A DNA stretch of 57,414 nucleotides, counting the filler, from Trypethelium eluteriae (Eukaryota): the NCBI GenBank assembly GCA_051942245.1. It is 2 parts of 2 records of this genome, joined end to end, with 100 filler letters (N's around TTAATTAATTAA, not from the genome) between each part and the next. Parts side by side here need not be neighbours in the genome. Positions count along the whole stretch, not along the records: positions 1 to 28,681 come from JAVECL010000306.1; positions 28,782 to 57,414 come from JAVECL010000307.1. One strand, given 5' to 3'. Under the pieces are notes generated by a model, which searched no databases, had not been told where the DNA came from, and saw only the letters and a program-made list of their open reading frames with translations. The stretch's first letter is position 1; each line of letters opens with the position of its first letter. Of this stretch, positions 25,767 to 36,760 are shown piece after piece. A program made the position numbers and the translations under genes.

Positions 25767-26115
25767 GGCATTCGGGTACTGCCACAAAACCCTCATCTCT
25801 GCCCCATCACATTCATCTTTTTCGACCGGCGCTCGGGTATTGCCATGAAACCCTCATCTCTCACCATCTCGCGGCGTGCTACCGCATTTACCGACAACAT
25901 TGGCGAGGCACCCCTCAGGAGCAGCTCCATCTCCGCCACCTCCCTCTCCGACCGGCGCTCGGGTGTTGCCATGAAACCCATTTCTTCGCGGCGTGCTACC
26001 GCATTGACAGACAATATCGGCGAGGCACCCCTCAGGGACAGCTCCCAAACCGCCAAATCGCGGCGAGCTTCCGCATTCACCGACAACATTGGCGAGGCAC
26101 CCTAGGGGTCAGTTC
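25767..26115 (+). repeat. Interleaved repeat array A-A-B-A-B-B (26-nt and 45-nt units); candidate structured RNA or 86-aa repeat peptide (25845-26105)
   Basis: A: GGCRYTCGGGTRYTGCCAYRAAACCC at 25767, 25828, 25954; B: TCGCGGCGWGCTWCCGCATTBACMGACAAYATYGGCGAGGCACCC at 25869, 25986, 26058. Confidence 0.9.
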
Positions 26116-27156
26116 CATCACCGCCAGGGCTGGATTGTTTGGGTTGTTTTGTTTTTGTTTTTCTTTTGTTAGGGCTATCGTCCTTTTGGGCTTGCGAAGG
26201 CGTTGAAGGCGTTTCGAATACTCTTTTTCCCCACAGGGGTTTTTTAGCGAGTCGGAATCTCAGCGAGCCGTTGGCACCACTTTCACCGTCCCATATGCAT
26301 TGTAGGCGTGACTGCTTGTTCTTGTGATCGCTTGAATGCCTCTCTATCGCCCAATGAAAATTGTAACGTCCTTGCCGCACAACTATTAGTAGTTGCCATC
26401 CCTCAAACCCACGCTCATCCTCACCCATTGCCCAGTAAGATTACATAAAACTTGGATGTAAAGAGAACTTCTAGCAGTCTAGTTTGACCATATTTTGATT
26501 GAGAAATTCTTGCTGAAGCAAATATGAAGAAAAAAGGTTGTGTGCCGAGAGAAAGAACCACGGTAACGGGGTTAAAGTACGAAGGTTATTAGGTTTAAAC
26601 TTTGCAGGTCGACACTGGATATACAACCTATTGTCATAGCAACACTTCTACTCAAGAACCTGAGAAATCAAGAAAACAAAACTGACAGCGATTTCTTGCG
26701 TCATCCCACGTATCTTTGAGCGTCTTGCAATTGCTTTGAGAAGGAGAAGTTGATATCCTAAAGTTGATATCCTTACATAAGGTATTTGCGGCAGGCGGGA
26801 GATCCGCACAGGGATTTAAATTCACACATGTGAACGCTATGTTCGAGACTTCCAGAAGCTATTCGCCTCATTGAGAGTCTTCAGAAGGCCTGACACGTAA
26901 TTGTAGAGAAGTTGATTGCACTGGTCTGTGAAGGAAGCATGCACAGGCTGGGCAAGTTCCACAGGAGCGATACAGGAATTACCTTTGGAGTCAGCCTATG
27001 ACGCAAAAGCCAGGAGACCCTTGGACCCTTAGTTAATTTGCTCCTTCCTGGACGTGCCAGACACTCCTGAGACACGTCCTGCCCCACGCGATGGTGAACT
27101 CCCCAGTGCTGATCACCATCCTTGTCGTGATGCTGTGAGCCTTCAGCAAACAAGCA

Positions 27157-28681
27157 ATGTCCCTACTCAGTGCTCCCCTAAGCCTTTCTAACACTCTCGA
27201 CGGCACTGTAAACAAATACGACCACCAGATTTTCCTCGTCGACCGTACCAGACCACAGGACGAAGCGACACAAAATCGATCAGCACAGGCTACAGACGAT
27301 GAGGAAGAGCAGGACGATGTTCCGCAAGGCGATACAAAGCTTACGAAGCGGCGGACGGCTGGATCGCTCAAAGAGCGAGCTACAGGGTCATTGAAGACGG
27401 AGCTTACGAGGAGGAAGTTTGCAAAGTATCAGGAAGGGCGAGAGTCGGAGCTATCGACGAGATCAATAAAACCAGAGAGCTCAAAGTCCGGGACCTTCGC
27501 CACTGTTCCTGAACAACAGCCCCTAACTGCAGAATCGGCCCAAGCAGACACGGAGCAACAAGGCTTCCGTATTGACAAGCACCTATATCGACGGGGGCGG
27601 AATCAGATCCATCAAGGCAGGAAGCAAATTTCTCAGATCGTCAAAGGCAGGCGTGCAGCCAGAAAAGAGCCTGATGCAGACATCGTCGTGGACATACTCT
27701 ATGAGAATCAAAGAGGCACCTTCCTATTCGGCGTTCCCTTCTTTTCCTCCAACTCACTCCTCCAGCTTGACCCTACCGCTTGGCAGACCTGCGATCCTAC
27801 AGACCACCGCTCGCCCTCCGACACAGTCACCGATCAACCCAAGAGTCAGCCTTCTCCGTCTACCAACTCCAAATCGCCTCAGCAAAAACGCGCCCATCAG
27901 CCGCTCCTCCGTCCCTCTCCCGTTGACATTACCAATGCCCAAGTTCCTGATCCATGCTGGGAGTGGGGTTGGCCGTCGTGGTACGTAGACATGGCGCACG
28001 ATGTCGACGAAGAGGGCTGGGAATATAGCTTCTCCTTCGGCACGCCGCCCTATCGATCCTATGGCTGGCATGGATCGCAGAAACCATGGTGGCATGCATT
28101 TGTGCGGCGGCGACGCTGGATCCGGATGCGAAGACGAAAGCATGTACACCGGGCAGATGGGAGTATTGTGGGAGGTGAGGCCGGAGTCAAGGGCGAGAAG
28201 GAGGGACACAGGGCGCCTATGCCGAATTCGGAGTACTTCACTGTTCAATCACCAGGGAATAAGGGAGAGGCAGGAAGTGTAGCACAGACGAGTGCGACAG
28301 GGAAGTGGTTTCCGCAGCATCAGGAGGGAGAGGTAGAGGATGAGGAGATTGCCGATATAGCAGCGTTGATGAAGAAGTTGAAAAAAGCGGCGATCGATCG
28401 AGAGAAGATAAGAGCAGTGAAGAGGTTTCTTAAAGACGGCGGGGAGGATATCTACTACTTAGCCGAATACGTAAGTCCATCTCCGACTTTCCTTTGGCAG
28501 CTTGAAGGCAATCACTAATCTCTTCCACTAGATGCCCCAAATCATGACCCTCCTCGTCTTCCAAACCTCCCGGCGCCACCTCCTCGCCCTCCTCATGCAC
28601 ACCATCTCCTCCGCCTCCCACCACCGCAGCACCCAGCACAGCACTCCCAACTCGCCAACCTCCCCCCAATCTCCCACATCC
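27157..28681 (+). CDS. Dysferlin-domain protein (Spo73/Mug65-like), 3' end lost in gap
   Basis: DILYENQRG...LDPTAW, PDPCWEWGWPSWYVDM...DEEGWEYSFSF...FVRRRRWIR; intron 28471-28531. Confidence 0.8.
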
Positions 28682-28781
28682 NNNNNNNNNNNNNNNNNNN
28701 NNNNNNNNNNNNNNNNNNNNNNNNNTTAATTAATTAANNNNNNNNNNNNNNNNNNNNNNNNNNNNNNNNNNNNNNNNNNNN
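28682..28781. other. Assembly gap with artificial six-frame-stop linker
   Basis: 44 N + TTAATTAATTAA (28726-28737) + 44 N. Confidence 0.97.
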
Positions 28782-29276
28782 GCATTCCCCCCGCAACCCA
28801 CCGGCTTTCAGCCCCACCAAGGCGGTGGTGGCGGCGGCATCAACTCCATGCTCCCACCCGCCCTCCAACCGCAACCCACCGGCGCACCCAACGGCTTCCA
28901 GCCCCAGTCCTTCTCCGGCCAGCAGATCCAGGCGCAGAACACCGGCTTCGGCGGATCCAATGGGTTTGCCGGCGGAGCAGGAGCAGCACCGCCCGTGCCG
29001 CCGATCCCGTCGTCGCAGCAGCAGACAGGAGGACTGCAGCCGTTGCAGCCGCAGAAGACGGGGCCGGCGCCGCCGGTGAGGTTCGGGATGGCGGGCGCGC
29101 CGAAGTTGACGCCGCAGGCGACGGGGAGGAGGGCGAATTTGAGTCAGGCTAGTAAGTGTTTCCCTCCCTCTTCGCCCCCCTTTTTAGCGTTTGGTTTGTG
29201 TGGTTGGGAAACTTGGAGAGTGAATGCTAATGCGATTGCGTGTGTTGTAGCTCCGCAGAATCCGTTTGGGTTCTAA
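28782..29276 (+). CDS. SLA1: C-terminal fragment of endocytic adaptor Sla1
   Basis: QPTG/QNTG/QKTG repeats and terminal GRRANLSQATPQNPFGF*; intron 29152-29250 (GTAAGT..GCTAAT..TAG). Confidence 0.88.
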   Translation, partial: AFPPQPTGFQPHQGGGGGGINSMLPPALQPQPTGAPNGFQPQSFSGQQIQAQNTGFGGSNGFAGGAGAAPPVPPIPSSQQQTGGLQPLQPQKTGPAPPVRFGMAGAPKLTPQATGRRANLSQASKCFPPSSPPFLAFGLCGWETWRVNANAIACVVAPQNPFGF

Positions 29277-29968
29277 GTCTCTATCTCGCCAGGTTTGCGA
29301 TGGAAGGATGTCTGACATCGGTTGGGATAGATGATTCGACACTAAGGTTGTGCTAGAGGAGGTCGGAAGAGATTGAGCTATCTTGGAGTGGCGAAGTGCA
29401 GTGGTCTTGGCTGGTCGTCAATTTCTACGTACCTCCCTACTAGAGTCTCATATGTATGATTCATGGGTCTATCATTGTACATAATTGCACAGCGCACGGC
29501 ATCCGCAATGGCTTCATTTTCATGTACCCATTTTTGCATTCGTTCCATTCTGCTGGTTCAATCAAGCATTGATTCATTCAGGTTATTGTAGCGTATGTCT
29601 TCTACCTAATCAACTGCAAATACAAGACTTCTTACACAAGACGTAGCCAGTAAACTAAAGAAAAAAGCAACAGCGTGTCGCGCGTGAGTGCATGCGTGAT
29701 GACATGACCATCATCTAGCTTCGTCTGGACTGTAAATCATGACGTGCAAAAACCAACGAGGGCATACCCTTCCGTAATTTGACCGTGACACCCTCATCTT
29801 GAGCAACTCCCATTATCAGCACATACCCACCCAGGAGATCCTGACGACCCAGTGACCAATAGCATATAGTCCAAGCCATCTCGACTCAATAGACTCCAGG
29901 ACCCATCCATGGTACAAACAGAACCTACACCCCACCTCTCTTCGTCTCAACTCAAATCACCTCCCACT

Positions 29969-31855
29969 CTACTCAAAGTCCCAGAAATTCCTCTCTCCAC
30001 CCGCCGCCCTCGCGGCGCTCGCGCCCCTCCCCCTCCGATCAATCGGCGCCGCCTCCTCTCCATTACCTCCATCGCCAAAGTCCCAGCTCCGCTCCGTCTG
30101 CTTCATCACCCTCCCTGGCTTCCTCGCCCCTTCGGGAACCCGCTCATTCTCCTTCCCCTTCGCCTCCATCAGCTGTTGCTGCTGCGTCTGCGGCTTCTTC
30201 GCGACCTGCTCCGGGCTGACGTCGTAATGAGACCAATGACTCTGCATCTGGGTCGGCAGCGCCTTCGTCGTCTTCTTTGGCGGCTCCGATCCATTCCATG
30301 CTGGCGCCGCTGGCGCTGCAGCTGCTGATGCGGTGGTAGTGGGGCCGTTCTCGTTGGTTGGAGTGCCGGCGGGAGAGGAGTCAGTGTGTTTCCAGTGTGG
30401 CGCGAAGTCCTTGCGACGGCCGCCCGCGTTGATGTTGCTCTTGGCTTCGGTGAGAGGGCCGCCGGCGCCATTACGGGAGGTCGCGGCTGCGGAGTCTGTG
30501 TTGGTGCGGGTGCCAGGCGTGTCATCAGCGCCGGTGACGTGGTTATCGTAGAGGCCGAGTCCCTTGTTTAGGGCGTGCGTCTTGGCTTGGGTCTTCTGCG
30601 CGACTGGCGTGTCTTCGTCACAAAATTCGAAGTGTGGTTTCGCGTCCGGACGGGGCTGATGGATGACAGGCCGTTTGGGGACTGAGGGGGCAGTGTCGCC
30701 TTCGTCATCGCTCCAGCCGAAATGGCGTTGGTCGTTCGGGCGGACCTGGCTCTGAGACTTTTGGGGGGTGACGAAGTCTTCGAAGTCCCAATGGCTCACG
30801 TGGCTGCTCTTGGGACGCTCCTTTCTTTCGCTAGAGGTGTCTTCCTCGTCGCCAAACTCGAAGTGGTTGTATTTGCGCGCGTCTGTCTTGATGCGCTCGG
30901 GCGATTTGATGGTCGTGCGTGGGTCGGGCTCGTCGTTTTCGTCGAAGAGTCGGTTGTCGGTAAAGTTCTTGCCAGCACCACGTTTAATTGGGATCGCGTT
31001 GCGCTTGCTGGGTGAAGCGCTTCGTTCACGTAATGCAGCTGCAGGAGTAGGAGTGGAGACTGCTTCGTCTTCACCACCAAAAAGTTCGGAGTATTCACGT
31101 AGCGGAGGTTTAGCAGACATGCGGCGGGCGACACTAGGGGATTGAATGTTGGAATCGGGCCCTTCCTCATCAGGTTCGGGAGGAGCAAACAGAGAAAGTT
31201 CTGCATGAGGATCGTTCATGGCATTGCTGTTGGATTTTGCACGGGTAGTAATTGTGACGCCATTTGGATCACCATTTGATACGCTTGTCGAACGTGTTGA
31301 ATCGGAAGTTCCAGATCGAGGAATACCCGCAGCGCTTGAGGAAATCAGGCGTGCCTGGTCTTTGCCGTCACGGATAGGCCAGTTGCGACCCCGAGAGCCG
31401 ATGATGTCGAGCTGTTTGAGGAGCGAGCCTTGATCCCAGTATAGACGAACCTGTTGAATCTTTCGATCCGTATCGAATTGGACGATATGAATCTGCAAGA
31501 GATGCGGTCAGAATTGGATGCGCATTTGGTCATTAAACTTGCTTACCATTGGAAATGTCACAGTGCGGTCAGCGAGAAAGTTATCGTCGAGTCCTAGTAA
31601 GTAGGTGCCTCCTCCGCGGACGAACTCAATGGTAGTCTCGATGTCGAGGCAGACACCATTGTCACTCTCGATCGTGCTCAAGACTTTTTCATTCTTCTTT
31701 TTCAATAGCTTTTCCTGGGCAGCAAGGTGCTTGAGAATTGTATTCGGCTCCGTGATGGTGGTGAGGGTGGGAATATAAATGATTGAGGCTTGGTCAGATA
31801 GCGCGACGGTGGTAGGGCTCGACAGAAACTGGTGGTATTTGTCGCTGAGCGACAT
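29969..31855 (-). CDS. Conserved fungal protein: NTF2-like N-terminal domain plus long disordered tail
   Basis: ETTIEFVRGGGTYLLGLDDNFLADRTVTFPM|IHIVQFD...RLYWDQGSLLKQLDIIGSRGRNWPIRDG; intron 31546-31493. Confidence 0.8.
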
Positions 31856-33200
31856 GGCGGCGAGCTGAACCTGCGTACAATCGAAGTAGTAGTGCAGATG
31901 GGTGACGCAAAGCACAGAGTCGCAAGGTCAAATCCAAACTTGAGATTGGTGTAGCCCAAATGTTTGTTCGGTCAGAAGCACGCGCAAGAGAGAGACGGTG
32001 GTGGTGAAACAAAGAAAGGGGCAGCAGTGGGTGGGCGCGGTGTCATGCAGCAATGACGGTGTTGTTGTTTACATGGGCACCTGGGGCTCTACGGAGTACC
32101 TAGCCTTTACGCACTAAGTAGGGCTGCCTTGTACCTGCCCCACCGCCCTACATTTGCTTTTTAAGTTAGGGAGAGACGCCGTTGTGACGGGCAAGTCCGG
32201 GCCCATCGTGCCCATGTCATTTCGGTTAACGCGCGCCATCGTCCTTTTCCGTTCATTTTTCCATGGCGCAACGCGCCAAGTTCGTGTTCCAGGAAGGCAG
32301 AACGTGGCAGGCACGCGCATCATTAAGGTATTGCACACCTGGGCCGTCAACTTCTATCATCCTGGTGTCATGATCATGACTCATCCTTGAGATGCCGGGT
32401 TCGTACGTAATTCGCATATCAACCAGTTTTCCATTGGTGATCAGCTAACCGTGCACGCTTTGTTTTGCACCCTCAATCTGGACCTGTCAGACATGCCGGC
32501 CCAAAACTTGGCACTGACTTTGAAACGCGCCTTCGCTAAGCAGAGCCATCGAGTGCATCGGGTAATCAGGCGTGTGGAGCACGGGGTCCCCCGTAACAAG
32601 ACTCTTTACCTACTGAAAGCCCAAGAATCTCTGTTACATGACGCGCTGCTCGCTAGTCTCGAGTAGACTGATCAAGATCAACTCTATAGAATAAGTGAAG
32701 AGCTAAACTCCGTTTTCAACGTGGATTTACGCCGTCAATTAGCATCGTAGCGGGCTTGCCCCGTTGTTTTACTCACCATTGCTCTACGAGACAAGCTGCT
32801 AAGGCCATTGTAGAAGATTCTGAATTTAGTATGCTTCTAACTACTAAATTACCACCGAATGAAGCTCGTCAAAGTGGAGCTCTTGCCTAATTAGGAAGAT
32901 ATCAAAACTACGTGGTGGAATGTAGAGTTGAGCCATTGGAGTACATGATGGGGAAGGCTTTTTCCAATCTCTTCGAACCATTTGTAGAGCATCTCCATAA
33001 GTATCATTAGAAGTCTGCACTAGGAGCCCCTCAATCATTAAAGTACCTATCTGCTCTAAATATAGGTAAGATGTGGTAAAGGTGCAATAAGTCTCGGCCG
33101 CTAGTCAGCACCTTATTGCATCTTCCTGATGATGCAAGTGACGAGGTCAAAACGTTGATATTTCCGTGTATCCTTTCATGGTCCTCTCTGTCTTTTAAAG

Positions 33201-33633
33201 ATGCCACCCCTTTTCTGGACCCTCGGCTGCCTCTACGGAGCCAGCTCCGTCGCCTTTGGCGCGTTCGGCGCACATGGATTGAAGCAGCGGATTACTGATC
33301 CCAACCGCATTGCCAACTGGTCCACAGCAGCTCACTATCAGGCACGTATATACGTAGGGAACAATGTCGATTCCCAATGCTGATGCTTGCTTACAGCTTG
33401 TCCACTCTGGTGTCCTCCTTCTAGCGAACATTGCGGCCCCTCAGAACACACTCGCTGCGTCCCTCTTCACGGCCGGTATGACAATGTTTAGCGGGAGCAT
33501 ATACTGCCTTGTCGTCGATCCTCAGAGATTCAAGTTCATGGGACCTATTACGCCGCTTGGAGGTTTATGTCTGATAGGCGGATGGGTTGCGTTGGCATTT
33601 GGAAGGAGGGTTCCCATCAGCAGATGGTCATAG
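33201..33633 (+). CDS. DUF423/TMEM256-family small membrane protein
   Basis: GAFGAHGLK, WSTAAHYQ|LVHS, GMTMFSGSIY, GPITPLGG; GC-AG intron 33342-33396. Confidence 0.9.
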
Positions 33634-33770
33634 AAAAAAAATCAAAAAGATCAACAACCCTCGACTGGCTTTCAGGGCAATCGAGTGAACATTGGAAGGC
33701 GTTCAGAAAATTCATAGAGTTCTCTACTCCATCAAATTCTAGAAGCCTCGTAACATGTCCAAGAATCTAT

Positions 33771-34495
33771 TTAGAGCTTGTGCCCTGTCTTCTGCACCGC
33801 TTTCTTCCATGTCTCCGTCGCTTCACAAGTTTTAATCCACTCCTCCACCGTCGGCCACTTTTTCCCTTGTGTCCCCAGACCTTTCTCTAAGATCCACTGT
33901 GCACTAAAGCTCATCATACAATCCGCAGCGGTAACATGGTCACCCACCAGGAACTTCCCTTTGCCCTTTTGCAGTTCGCTCTCCAGCCAGTCAAAGTCGT
34001 TGACCACGTTCTTTGAGGCGGCTTGCTGCATTGTCGCGAGATCGCCGCTGTCTTTGACTCGTTCGGGGGAGAACCATTGCATATAGAGGATGGCGAGAGA
34101 ATGCAGGAGGAAGGTAGCTTCGGCGGCATGTATCCATTGCAGGACCTGGACACGTGTGGCTGGATCCTTGGGAGTTAGGCGGCTGCTGGAGTCGTATTTC
34201 TCACACAAATATCTAACGCGGTAAGCTAAACGAAGAAATGAAGCTGATGCAAACTTCGTGCTGCATACTCTGTGATTGTTCCGCTCTCGCTAACGGTGAC
34301 GCCATCAACTACAATCGTAGGGGATTTGCCCAGGGGGTTCCCGGCTTTTCTGATGGCCTCCTTGAAGGCTGGAGGGCCTACGCCGTTCTGTCGTTCACTG
34401 AACTCAAGGTTGTAGTCTAGACCAAGTTCTTCAAGAAGCCAAGCAGTACGAATAGCACGAGAAGTTTGAAGAAAGTAAAGTGTAATGTTCGGCAT
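33771..34495 (-). CDS. Glutathione S-transferase (Gtt1-like)
   Basis: TLYFLQTSRAIRTAWLLEELG, PLGKSP, SESGTITE|YLCEKYD, FLVGDHVTAAD; intron 34268-34213. Confidence 0.92.
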
Positions 34496-34857
34496 AATGA
34501 AGCTTAGAGAAATGTCACTCAACTAGGGGCTTTATAATTTTAATGAGCAAGAGGAAAGATTCGCCGAGAGATGGGAAAAAGGTGCAACTGTACAAACTCC
34601 GAAATCTTATATTTCAGATGTTTCCTCACACTCGTTATGAAGTCATCGGATGAATTCTATTACCCCACATAGTGGCGGGGATACCGCGGTTAAGGAAATC
34701 TGTTTGGAATTGTTTTTGCAGGAAGAACCGTCTCAACATTCAATCCCAGATGACGATGAGGAAGGATTGGCGTAGACTGGTGCACCGTTGCTGGGAAAGG
34801 GCACCTAAGGTTCTTCTAGCGAGCATCATTACCTTACAGGTAGGGTGTTACTAGGTA

Positions 34858-35036
34858 CCTTACGGCGGCTGGGGTTTCTCAAATGGTAATTAATACAATG
34901 TTATTTCGACTTTACTCTTATGACCTTGTTGGTCCATGTTAAAGCCGTCTTAACATGGGCCAACATGGTTATAATAATTAAACTGAGGTAACATTGTATT
35001 AATTAACAGTTGAGGAAACCCCCAGCCGCCGTAAGG
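34858..35036. mobile_element. Foldback MITE copy A (179 bp)
   Basis: TA|CCTTACGGCGGCTGGGG...CCCCAGCCGCCGTAAGG|TG; near-palindromic along its whole length; inverted relative to copies B and C. Confidence 0.9.
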
Positions 35037-35651
35037 TGGGATACGGCCTTCACGGGATCACTTGAATTACCTTAGAGTGGGGCTCTGTTCCCGCTCCGGT
35101 GAACCCACATCTGTGCAGATCATCCGAGAAGAAGTTAATTCTAACTCCGTGTCCGTGTCACGAACATTTCCAAACGGGTGCCGATATTGCACATTGCTCA
35201 AAGTATGGCTAATGACGCTCTCGACATGAGAACCAGCAGCTATCACAGTGGACTAGAGTGGCCCAATTATAAGACTGAAGATTCATCCCCGGTATGCATC
35301 ATCTGGAAATCAAGAGTAAAGATATCTCTAGGTGACCCGGGTTGATCGGTACAATGGACTATGCTATGGATCTGAAGGAGTTTTCGTGAAAATGGAGGAG
35401 GCAGAACGCGAGGAAGGAGAAAATCGTGACAAGTATATTACTCCCTAACAAAGCGAAGCGGCTAATACAAAAGAGAGTTTCGAGGGTTCCAGAATCAATC
35501 ATAATACTGTTGTGGTGGCTCGCCGAATCTGCATCCCCGGTATTTCTACCACTTTATGAAAGTCTTCTCATTCCTTCCCTCGCCTAGTGCCCAGTCTTCT
35601 CCCCAAACACATAGCAACATGCAGTGCCACTTGACAGATTTCGAACCAGTT

Positions 35652-36207
35652 TTAACAGCAGTCCTCGGCGCATTCGCAGCAATCTGATTGGCCGTCAGTA
35701 CACACTGGATAGAAGAGGACGGTGGACTTCCGTACCAGCGCAGCATTCACATCCCTCTTCACAGACGAAGCAGCAGCAAAGCGCCGCGATACTGTAATCG
35801 GAAGTAAGCACGATGTCTCCCATGGCAACTCAAACCACGAGTCAAGCCTACCAGGCTTCAAAGCAACCTCTGTCCTTTTTTTGCCTCTGTTGTGGTGGCG
35901 GCTGTTGCGGGTAATACTGCTGCTGATAGCCCATTTGACCAGCTGGTGGTCCGTAGCCGGGTTGACTATAGCCCTTTATGAGCGCAAAGCGTAAGCGGGA
36001 GCCCCTTCTAAATGTGTCTTAAGGTATCTCAATGGCGGAAACTTACTGGACCTGGTGGCGGTGCGTTTTGGTAGCTAGGTTGGCGATATCAGTTTGTGAT
36101 TGACAGATTGCTTTCATGTAATACAAGGGCTTAGAAGTTCCTCGGATGTATGATTGAACTTACTGGGCTGGTTGTGGATATTGGTTGTAATAGTTATTCG
36201 CCGCCAT
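35652..36207 (-). CDS. CYSTM-type cysteine-rich tail protein (5 exons)
   Basis: Spliced product MAANNYYNQYPQPAHYQNAPPPGPGYSQPGYGPPAGQMGYQQQYYPQQPPPQQRQKKDRGCFEACIAALCCCFVCEEGCECCADCCECAEDCC*; four GT-AG introns; the ORF track shows only the last exon. Confidence 0.85.
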
Positions 36208-36760
36208 GTTGGTTGTAGGGAAGTCTGCGACCGTTTAGAGACTGAGCTGAGTACGACAAGAGAGCGACTAGCGTGAAGCAAGGGTGGCAACCGGTGAAGT
36301 GAGCTCAATGTGAAGTCGGATACGTGAGGAAGCCAAGGATCGATGGACGTACGTTGACTGTGGCAGATAAAGACAGATGGGGCAGACAAGTGTTAGTCTC
36401 GGTGGTTGGACTAAGTGGAAGAGGCCGGCCACCCTATTTGTATGGACGAACGCGGCGGCAGCGGGGGATCCTAGCCCACGCTAATAGGCCAGCCTCCAGC
36501 GACAGTGTCTGTCTCAGCGGGAAATCACAGCCTCCCGTCATGACCATCATCATGCGCCACTGCTGACGCATTTGAAAACTAAGCCACAACCGATTGCAAA
36601 CCCTTAGGGGAAGGCTCTGTGAGTGGGGTGAACGGAGTTCGGAGTGGCTCCAGCTGTCTTTGATTTCGTCGTACTCCGTACGTCGTAGTGAAGATGCTCA
36701 AAGCTGCTGTCTGCAACGTATATTGAACGGGTGGACTGGTAGCTTCTATGATTATTCTGA

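Noticed and set aside
25869..25913. B repeat as an HDV-like ribozyme (hairpin followed by GCGA and a pairing strand)
   Set aside because: No P3/L3/P1.1 elements between the putative P2 and P1' strands
25767..26115. CRISPR-like array
   Set aside because: Eukaryotic context, two repeat types, irregular non-unique spacers and no cas genes
25445..26206. 253-aa ORF over the repeat array
   Set aside because: GTG start lies upstream of the TATA box, and repeat differences are non-synonymous in this frame
28726..28737. TTAATTAATTAA palindrome
   Set aside because: Artificial scaffolding linker centred in Ns
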